From contig VRVR01000041.1 in assembly GCA_009859145.1 (NCBI GenBank), positions 145,566-209,565 on the forward strand: a DNA stretch of 64,000 nucleotides. The letters are read 5' to 3'. A model generated the notes under the pieces. It did not search any database. It was not told the DNA's origin and was given only the letters and a program-made list of their open reading frames with translations. The stretch is from Andalucia godoyi And28 (lineage: Eukaryota > Protista > Jakobida). This document shows, one piece after another, positions 42,034 through 50,307 of the stretch. The number at the start of each line of letters is the position of its first letter. The stretch's first letter is position 1. The position numbers and the translations under genes are program-made.

Positions 42034-42717
42034 TCCCTTTGAATCCGCAACGAGCAAAGAAATACGAAATAAAATTAACGAAAAAAATGAAACAAACGTA
42101 GTATATATACACGCACACGCACACGCACACGCACACGCACACGCACACGCACACGCACACGCACGCACACAGTACAAAGCCAAAAAGCAAAGCAAAAATT
42201 GTAAAACAAAAACAATAAAAAGAAAAGAAAAGAAAAGAAAAGGAAAAAAGGAAAAGGACAATAATTACAATCTAAGTCAGAAAAACGAAAAATGAAGGAC
42301 GAAAACGAGTACAAAAGAAACAAAAAAATACAGAGACAAGGAAGAGGAAGAAGTCCTGAAGGGAAACAAGAGGACGACGGTAAGAGAAAAGAGAAAGAGA
42401 GAACTCTGCCACCTGGGAGAGGAATCAAATTATATCAAGCTGTGAGACACTGAGAGAGCGTAATAAAACGAAATATGAGAGAGAGAGAGGAATTATACTA
42501 TTTAAAAAAAGGAGGGAAAAAAGAAACAGAGGCGGTAACCACGATCCGTGTGCAAATAGGCGATACCCAACAGTGTTGACAGAAGACTGGGAAGGCAAAA
42601 GGAGGAAAACGAAGAGGAGGGCAGATAGGATAACAGACACTCAGTTATTCAAAATGGGATGCGATGGAAAGGGGCATTTGTGTAGCGGTTATGGACACGA
42701 TGAAAAAGGAGAAATAG

Positions 42718-42990
42718 CGCCTGCGATACATTGCATCAGTACTAACTGGTTCTAATTGGTACTATTGCAATGTTGCATGAAGAATCGATCCTGCGTATCA
42801 ATCATCTACTGTAGGCAGTAGACCCTCCCAGCGCACTGTGCTCTTCTTTAAAGAGAGGTTGAGCACACCATCCCAATCTCGATGCATCACTGCTGTCTGG
42901 ACGACCGGGGGTCACTGTCGATTGTGCGCGGCGCTGTCGGTGATGCGGTCTTGTGTTGTGGTGGCTCCATGCTCCACGAGAAGGTTCTCG
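42718..42990 (-). mobile_element. Decayed Fanzor-like element 3' fragment with right end (copy C)
   Basis: 42890-42843 translates as VMHRDWDGVLNLSLKK (RuvC-III) and shares the 13-mer TCCCAATCTCGAT with copy A (13862-13874). It is followed by TGGGAGGGTCTAC ... GCAGGATCGA ... a long hairpin ... CGCAGGCG. Confidence 0.78.
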
Positions 42991-43403
42991 CGGGGTGTTT
43001 TATTCTATTTAATAAAATAAATTAAAATTTGGTCCGCAAAGCGGCGATTTTCGGTACCATAAAAGGAGCCAATGGTGCCGCCCGCACGCCGCAAACGAGA
43101 GCATTGTGCCGATTGCGCTCGACAATGGCATTTCACGTAACCTGCCGAACCACCAAAAACACGACGCCGTCCTGTGTCGTGTTAATTTTTTCCCTCCTTC
43201 TAAGATCCCCCCCCCCCCAAAAAAAAAAAAACCAAGTTCTTCCTCTCAAGTCTCGACACCACCTCTCTCTCGTTTCTCATTTTCCTTTTCGTTCAACATT
43301 TCCTTTTCTTTGTTGTTTGGTTTTCTCCGCCAACACTGTGCGCTTGCGGCTTTTCTTCATACCTTTTATACTTGTCTGTGTTTCGAGAGAGCGACCAAGG
43401 TTG

Positions 43404-44849
43404 ATGGAGGTGATAGTTCCCATTATCGGTTACTTGTCGGCGACGCTTCCCGATCGGGTATCAGTGAGTTTTCCCGCCATCGTGGTCTCGATTGTCGCTG
43501 CCGTCCTTTTGTGGAAGTTCGTTCCCGCACTTTTTTTCGAATATCGCTATGTGAGCAAAGAACACAACCCGGCGTTTCCGCTATCCGCCTCCGTACTCGG
43601 CCCAAAAATCCCGCGGATGGTCGGCGATGTCCCGCCTGTTCTCCCAAACGGGTGGTATCGCGTCTGTCTTTCGCGCGAGATTCTTCCCGGCCAAGTCCGT
43701 CCGTTCACGCTCTGCCAGCGCAACCTCGCTGTCTTCCGCACGCCAGACGGTACTGTAGCATCTCTGGATGCGTATTGCCCTCATCTCGGCGCCCATCTTG
43801 CCGTTCTAGGAACCGTCACATCCGAAGGCACCCTCCGCTGTCCGTTCCACGGATGGGAGCTCGATACGACTGGAAAATGTGTGAGAATCCCGTACATGTC
43901 CTCTCCATCCCCATCCTCCTCCTCGCCGTCATCGATTACTTCTGAAGTCGAGTGCAAGCCACCACAAAATGCTCGAGTGAATGCATGGCCAACGTGCGAG
44001 CGGAATGGTCTTGTGCATGTCTGGTTTGATGCAGAAGGACGACCGCCGTACTGGACCGTTCCTTATCGTCCCGAGCTTCATCCCGCCGAAGCTCTTGCAG
44101 AGACCATTTCGCTTCAGCAGCGCAACGAGACCTGCTCGCCCTCCGACGCCGTCAGCAACAGTGGCAATGGCAATGGCAATGGCAAAAACGATACCAGTGG
44201 CACTCGCGGCGACACCCAGATGCATGCTCAGCGACGTTTCAAATTTCATGGAAAATTGGAGCACTACGTGCGCGCGCACATCCAAGAGCTCCCAGAAAAT
44301 GGACCAGATGTCGCGCATCTGAATGTCCTTCACACGGATTTTCTGGTTCGGATACTGTCGAAGCTGGGGTTTGATCATGTGTGGGCCGCACATTGGGCAC
44401 CGTCGCAGCAGACTGGCCTTGAGCATGTGTCGGACATTACGCTGACGCAAAGCATGCGGTTTCTGGGACGTAAGCTTCCCATGTCGAGCATCACCGCGAC
44501 GATCCAGCAGGTTGGCCCGTCGCTTGTGTACCTCCGCTTGAACGCCTGGTTCGGGTCGTTCTTGATCATCCAGTCCGTCTCGCCGTTCGAGCCGCTTCTG
44601 CAACACGTCGTCCACACGCTCTTTGCCCAGTCCTATGTTCCGAGAGCAGTCGCAAAATTCATCATGTGGGGCCTCAAGGTCCAGTTCGAACGCGACCATC
44701 CAATCTGGTCCGCGAAAACGTACGTCAGAACCCCAATGCTCGTTCGTGGTGATGGCCCGATCCTGATCTTCCGAAAATGGTACGCTCGATTCTACTCGAA
44801 AAGCTCGCCTACCATCCAAGAAGAAGCTGCAAAGCTGCTCTCTTGGTGA
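43404..44849 (+). CDS. Rieske sterol desaturase, Neverland/DAF-36 family (cholesterol 7-desaturase-like)
   Basis: N-terminal TM helix, PNGWY, Rieske motif CPHLGAHL...CPFHGW, iron motif ENGPDVAHLNVLH, and QFERDHPIWSAKTY...GDGPILIFRKWYARFY. Confidence 0.85.
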   Translation: MEVIVPIIGYLSATLPDRVSVSFPAIVVSIVAAVLLWKFVPALFFEYRYVSKEHNPAFPLSASVLGPKIPRMVGDVPPVLPNGWYRVCLSREILPGQVRPFTLCQRNLAVFRTPDGTVASLDAYCPHLGAHLAVLGTVTSEGTLRCPFHGWELDTTGKCVRIPYMSSPSPSSSSPSSITSEVECKPPQNARVNAWPTCERNGLVHVWFDAEGRPPYWTVPYRPELHPAEALAETISLQQRNETCSPSDAVSNSGNGNGNGKNDTSGTRGDTQMHAQRRFKFHGKLEHYVRAHIQELPENGPDVAHLNVLHTDFLVRILSKLGFDHVWAAHWAPSQQTGLEHVSDITLTQSMRFLGRKLPMSSITATIQQVGPSLVYLRLNAWFGSFLIIQSVSPFEPLLQHVVHTLFAQSYVPRAVAKFIMWGLKVQFERDHPIWSAKTYVRTPMLVRGDGPILIFRKWYARFYSKSSPTIQEEAAKLLSW

Positions 44850-45129
44850 GTATGGCGAAAACGCCTCGCCATCCAGGCAAGCCGGACCTCATTGTCACCA
44901 AACTGTCATCCCATCCGACGTTTCTGTCGGTTTTTGCGCACATCCTCCACAGCTAGCCGCAAGTGTGATATTTAATTTTAAAAAAAACAATATTATTGAT
45001 CAAAAACTTTGAAAACAATATTCTGTGCAAACTGCAAAAATGTAAAGCCTAAATTTCCCTCCTTTTTCCATATTCCACGAACGCTTCATTCTTTGACTCT
45101 ACGTCTCTTGCAGGCCTGCCAGTTTTCCA

Positions 45130-45400
45130 CTTCATGGACGAAGGATCCCGACCACCGCGCCCGTGAGCATTGCCAGCAACGGGCCGCATACGTTGATGAA
45201 GCAGGAAAGGCTGGTGACGTGCAGCACTCAATAATTTTCGCCACAGCGCTTCGGAATCTTTTTCGATCCGTGTTTGCTCTGCCGAGAAGCAGTCCCGGCA
45301 AGACGTTCCATCGCTTGGGTGGATGTCGATGGACCCGGGGTGGGCCTACCCCTTCCTCTTCTGAATTGAATGCACATTCAGCTTGGATGCATGACTGAAT
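45130..45400 (+). mobile_element. Probable decayed Fanzor-like remnant (copy D)
   Basis: GGGGTGGGCCTACCCCTTCC (45337-45356), ATTGAATGCA and an ATGCA...TGCAT hairpin match the copy A right-end motifs. Upstream translation gives HRLGG. Confidence 0.45.
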
Positions 45401-45640
45401 ACAGATGGTCAACAATGATCAGCAATGCTCAAGTGTCCAAGCGCAGGCGAAGGCCCATCGCAGAATGCTCCACCCGCACTTGCTGACTGTAAATCAAAAA
45501 AAAAATCCAAAAAAAGAAAAGGGAAAAAGGCAACCACCCTCCAGCTGTAAAAAGCAAAAAACAGCTTTCCCGTTTTGATTGACGTTGACGCATCTCGAAA
45601 ACGGCTAGGAATCTGGACAGCAAGGAACGACGACGGTGCG

Positions 45641-46513
45641 ATGAATGCGAGTGTCGTCGAGTCGCTGCAGGGCCGCAAGAAGCTGAGTGCAGCAGACGTT
45701 GCCGCGATTGCGCTTGAATCGCAGCACCAAGGGACGTCGCTTGACGCACACGGGCACAACGCGCTTATCTCAACCGCATCCCAGTTCCAGTACTTGATGC
45801 AATGGGTGCTGAGCTGCATTGGCGCCCACCGCAAGGCACACCACTTCATACGCCAGCAGCTGCAGCTCGCCGCGGAGCCGCCGCGCCTCGACGACGATGA
45901 GGACTTGCTGCGTCTGCACGTCGTCCTTGTCGGGGCGCACGGACGCATTGGTCGACATCTGGCGACTGTGCTGGAGAGCGGGGCTTGGGATACGAGCATC
46001 AACTCCAGCATCAAGGTTCATGGAGTGGTGCGGGCGACAAGTGCACGGGATTTGCAGACGATTGTGTCGACAAGGTGCGACGTGCTTGTGCTGGCGTGCT
46101 TGCCAGCGCATTTACAAGCGTTGGCATCGGATCTGAGGGGAGCGCTGCAGCGACACACATGTGTGCTGTCGCTGCTGGCCGATGTCCCGGAGCTGCGGAT
46201 CCGCGGGCTGCTGGGCATTGAGGGCGCGGTGTGTGCGGTGTCGAATTGTCCGACGGCAGCTGAATTGGGAATGATGGACGCGGCAGCGGATGGCAGCAGT
46301 TTCCTGCACGAGATGCTGGAGTCGGCGGTGCGCTCGTACGTCCAGAAACTCGCAAGCCCCTCTGTGATGCAGGACGTCTACTTGGCGCTCGGCAGACCAA
46401 AGTTGCGCGAATACGACGTGCATGCCATCGCTGCGACCTTTCGAGACTATGTCGACAACATCATCCGCGCGTCCTTTGCCCAGAAGCCCATTTCCGTCGC
46501 CCTCCAGTCCTAA
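45641..46513 (+). CDS. NADP-dependent oxidoreductase / pyrroline-5-carboxylate reductase-like Rossmann protein (NOXRED1-like)
   Basis: Rossmann motif HVVLVGAHGRIGRHLA and CDVLVLACLPAHLQALA. The start is uncertain; the first ATG is at 45641. Confidence 0.65.
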   Translation: MNASVVESLQGRKKLSAADVAAIALESQHQGTSLDAHGHNALISTASQFQYLMQWVLSCIGAHRKAHHFIRQQLQLAAEPPRLDDDEDLLRLHVVLVGAHGRIGRHLATVLESGAWDTSINSSIKVHGVVRATSARDLQTIVSTRCDVLVLACLPAHLQALASDLRGALQRHTCVLSLLADVPELRIRGLLGIEGAVCAVSNCPTAAELGMMDAAADGSSFLHEMLESAVRSYVQKLASPSVMQDVYLALGRPKLREYDVHAIAATFRDYVDNIIRASFAQKPISVALQS

Positions 46514-46739
46514 GCTGCCAAGTGCGCGCTGTTGTTCTCTGTCCCTCTCCAGTTCTCCAGTTCTCCAGTTCTCCAGTTCTCCCATCTTCCGCATCCAACC
46601 TCTTGGCCGCATGTACATATGTCAGAGGTGCACATCAGTTCTTCATTCCCTTTCTTAACCTAAAGAAACAATTCCTTCTTGCTTTTCTTCTTTTTTTATT
46701 TGGTTTGGATTCCCCCAGAAGAGGAAGGAGGTTAGGTTC

Positions 46740-47594
46740 TCAGGGCTTTGGCTTCCACTCGTCCTTGTATTTCCTCAACTTGGTCATTGCTTCTGCGGGC
46801 GACTCTGCGGCGAATCGCGCATCGTCCTTCATGAGGGCTCTGACCCGCATAAAGACATTGTGCTGTTTTTCCGCGGCGACCGTCGATGGGATCGTCGGCG
46901 TATCCGACTTGCCCATCTCGACGGCCCAGCCGAGTTTTGTCTGAATGGCACCGTTTGTCGGCTCGGCATCGGATCCAAAGCGCAGATTCGACTCGGAGTA
47001 TTCATGACCGCAGTACACGAGGGTCGCATCATCCAGCTGCGCAATGCGGTCCATGTTCTGCAGCATCTGCGCACCGTCTCCTTCAAAAAAGCGGCCGCAG
47101 CCACCGATGAACAGTGTATCGCCCGAGAAGAGTGCCTGCTGCCCGCTCTGCGTATCGCGGGCAATGTACAAGACATGTCCGGATGTATGGCACGGCGCTT
47201 CCATCACGGAAATCTGGATGTGGGAGCCAAGCTGCAGGACATCTCCGTCCTTCACGTTGTGCGTTTTCGCAGGAACGTTTTCGTGGACGCCGCCGTAGAT
47301 CGCAAGGTCCGGATGCGACTTGGCAAGAGCTTCGTTTCCTCCGGAGTGGTCCCAATGCTTGTGCGTCGTGAGAATCCAGCAAAGACGCATCCCGTGAGAA
47401 TCCGCAGCTGCAAGCACTTTCGCAGGCTCTGCAGGATCAACGGCCGCCGTCAGACCGCTTGCTTCGTCTTGGATCAGATACGCATAATTGTCTTCAAAAA
47501 CAGGAACAGGAACAATCTTCATTTGCGGACGTACGCGGGTAGGAAATCGGCACAGGCGAAGAACAGAGCTAGGAATCAAACCAATCCTGTGCAT
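46740..47594 (-). CDS. HAGH: Hydroxyacylglutathione hydrolase (glyoxalase II)
   Basis: MKIVPVPVFEDNYAYLI, THKHWDHSGGN, PCHTSGH, FSGDTLFIGGCGRFFEG and YCGHEY. A 24-aa upstream extension resembles a mitochondrial presequence; the second ATG is at 47522. Confidence 0.92.
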   Translation of the reverse strand: MHRIGLIPSSVLRLCRFPTRVRPQMKIVPVPVFEDNYAYLIQDEASGLTAAVDPAEPAKVLAAADSHGMRLCWILTTHKHWDHSGGNEALAKSHPDLAIYGGVHENVPAKTHNVKDGDVLQLGSHIQISVMEAPCHTSGHVLYIARDTQSGQQALFSGDTLFIGGCGRFFEGDGAQMLQNMDRIAQLDDATLVYCGHEYSESNLRFGSDAEPTNGAIQTKLGWAVEMGKSDTPTIPSTVAAEKQHNVFMRVRALMKDDARFAAESPAEAMTKLRKYKDEWKPKP

Positions 47595-47859
47595 GCACCA
47601 CGTCACCAACAAGATTCTCGCATTCCGGGAAGAGATAAAATAGAAAACAGAACAACAAAAACAAAAAAGGAAAGGAAAAGTGAATGTTAGAACGAAAAGA
47701 GAGAAAAACACTCAGTCGCCGAGTTTCAAGTGGAACTCGCAAGATGAAAAAGAAGAGAGCATCTGAGAAATTTGAAACATTCTGTTTTCGTTTTCTTTTG
47801 TTTATGTAGGGAAGGGGGAAAAAAAAAACATTTCAAGAGTGGTGGTGATTCACTATGGT

Positions 47860-48252
47860 TTAGTAGACATAGGCAAGGATCTTTCCTCCGGTGTTCTTGC
47901 GGTTGGCCTCGGTGTGGTCCATGATTCCGGCAGAGGTGGTGAGAACCATGACTCCGAACTGACGGGACGGGAGAAGGGCGTTGCTCCACTTCTCGAGGTC
48001 CTGGATCTTGATGTCGAAACGGGGCGAGATAACTCCGCACTTGTTGATGCGTCCGTTGAGTTCGATAACAATCTTTCCGGCACGGTGGTCGTCGATGATC
48101 TCAAAGTCTCCAATGTATCCGTGCTTCTGCAAAACCTGGAGAACCTTGACGATCACCTTGGACGAAGGGCGAACGATTACCTGTCGCTTTCCACGCTTCT
48201 CGGCGTTGTTGATGGAGCGGAGGCAATCCGCGAGAGCACTCATGCGAACCAT
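47860..48252 (-). CDS. RPS15A: 40S ribosomal protein uS8 (S15a)
   Basis: Full-length 130 aa: [29 protein letters not shown]...[13 protein letters not shown]...LLPSRQFG...TTSAGIMDH...GGKIL. Confidence 0.96.
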   Translation of the reverse strand: MVRMSALADCLRSINNAEKRGKRQVIVRPSSKVIVKVLQVLQKHGYIGDFEIIDDHRAGKIVIELNGRINKCGVISPRFDIKIQDLEKWSNALLPSRQFGVMVLTTSAGIMDHTEANRKNTGGKILAYVY

Positions 48253-48785
48253 TTTCTTACAAGTCTAATAAAGCAAGCATTCCAAAACAAAAATTAAATA
48301 CGTAAGTCCAACTGTGCTCCGAAATACTCAATGAGAACGGGGGAAACTGCGTGAGAAGGAATCGAAAACAGAACGCAGGACATCATCACATTGCACAAAC
48401 CAGCCACCGACAATTAACGACATCGCCCAAATTGAAAATTATAAAAGAGGGTAACGTAAAGAGCATTATGCTCCATTTTCTTCTTTCTATTGTCAATCCA
48501 GGCGCAAGAGTCATCAATGGAAAGGGGCCAGCGGCACGGAGTGTCCGAGTTGCACGTTCTAAACTTTTCCCCACATGCAGAAAAAGATAAAGAAAGAGAA
48601 ACCGGAGTCGACGTACCTATTCGATGTCACACTGAAAAAGCTGATCACAAGGAGAAAGGGAAAAGGAGAAGGAAGAGGCAGAAGAAAGAAAGGAGAAGAA
48701 GGAAACACGGACTGAATAATTGGAGCTGCGAAAGTGACAACAATAAAGGAAGAGGATTTGCAGAAAGCACGAAAAGATGCTTTTG

Positions 48786-48804
48786 TAACCCTAGCATAGG
48801 GTTA
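48786..48804. promoter_or_regulatory. Palindromic telo-box pair upstream of RPS15A
   Basis: TAACCCTA-GCA-TAGGGTTA. Confidence 0.55.
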
Positions 48805-48854
48805 TCTCGCCCCCTAACAAGGTTTTGTTATCATTTGTGCGCTTGAACCATTTT

Positions 48855-49050
48855 TTAATATTTTACGACAGACGAAGCACAGCCCTCTCTATGTTTTTTG
48901 CCTTTCTGTCTCGGCCATGCCAACTGGACAGCAGGGCGAGGCATCCCGAGCATTTGTGAGGAGTTTGTGTGGCGTTCCAATGTTTTTTGTTTCTCGGATA
49001 CTGCATGGTGCTTCTGTGCAGAATGAAAGCGCGGCAGTGAGGACATCAAG
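48855..49050 (-). mobile_element. Possible internal Fanzor2-like fragment (copy F), no right end
   Basis: With one frameshift it reads DVL/LPRFHSAQ...RHTNSSQMLG...RQKGKKH.EGCASSVV. This resembles the recalled pattern dvillPxFet...ktarxML...rLxxKa.eyg.V..V that precedes the RuvC-II Glu. Confidence 0.4.
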
Positions 49051-49166
49051 AAAGTGGGTGTAGATGAAAATATTTAAATAGGTACAATGGACGGGTTCTA
49101 GGTGAGAGAATAATCAACAACAACAACAGCAGCAGCAGCATCCATGGAAAAACTCATTCACTAGGA

Positions 49167-49845
49167 TCAATGCCTTCTCGATGTTTTCCCGGTGGATTTT
49201 TTCCCAGTTGCTTTTCCAGAGCCTCGATTTGACGCATCCACAGAAGAAGAAAGAGCCGCATTCGACGACAGCTCAGGCTCCCCAAAGCTAAGCTGGATCG
49301 GCCTCGACGGTAACGTATCCTTTTCTGTGTATGCCAAGTATCGATCTCCAACATTCTACAAGTTCGCAAGAAGAAAATTAATTAAAAAAATATAATAAAA
49401 TAAAATAAATAAACACACGAAAGATTACCGTAAGTCACTCCATTCTCCCGTCAAACTCGATGGTCATCACAATCATCATGATCATGATCATGCAGGAAGC
49501 CGATCAATGACTAATGATTCTTCAAAGTCGAATCTCGCACGAATTGACGGGAAAATGAGAAGAGCCAAAAAGAAGACATACGCGTTCTGCGGTGATGGAC
49601 GAGTACGAAAAGATGCGATCGGATTCTTTGAAGCGCTGTCTTCGCACTGAAGGGTTTGCGCCTTTGGATTTCGAGACCAAATATGGTTCCCATCCTCTCG
49701 ATGCGTTTCCATGGGCCCACGTTTCCTCGAGATACCCGCCCTCGAGATTGAAGATTTGGTTTTCAATATGCCGAACTTGCTCTTCCAACTCTGACTTGCG
49801 CTGCTTCAGCTGGCTCAAATTCACTCCTTCCGATGACCCAGACAT
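49167..49845 (-). CDS. EAF6: Chromatin modification-related protein EAF6 (NuA4 subunit); exons 49582-49845 and 49167-49355
   Basis: LKQRKSELEEQVRHIENQIFNLEGGYLEETWAHGNASRGWEPYL...FKESDRIFSYSSIT. The intron 49356-49581 is GTATGT...TAG, and exon 2 is open to TGA. Confidence 0.85.
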
Positions 49846-50307
49846 TCTGACGAAATAATAATAATAATGGTAATAATGGTAATAATGGTAATAATGGTAA
49901 TAATCACGGACGACTGGCAAGACTCTTCCGTGCTTCAGTACCCGTCTCGGGAAAGAACAGAGAAGCCGTACAGCAGGCCTTGCGAAAAACGTGATTTTTT
50001 CCACGACGAGAGTTGAGACAAAACCTACGTTTTTTTTCCGTTGCATTCAAAAAAGGTTTCCTTTGTTGACGAGTTTGAACGCTTGGGTCTGTTCAGAAAA
50101 ATTTCAAACCACGTGATTCTGCACTGCCCCGTCCCGAGTCTCAATACAATCGACGGATTGCGTGCTGGACGGAAAAGGAAATTTATTCATTGTATGGTTG
50201 AGTAAGCGGTTGAATTGATTCTTATGCCAAGGCACATAAATTTGAAACTGTTGTTATTGTTCTCTGCGTGCAAGTAGTTTTATGCGACAACATCAAGGTG
50301 AGCGTGA

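Noticed and set aside
42664-48528. Shared 12-mer ATGGAAAGGGGC at 42664 and 48517
   Set aside because: Repeated 12-mers are expected by chance in 64 kb, and the flanks do not align.
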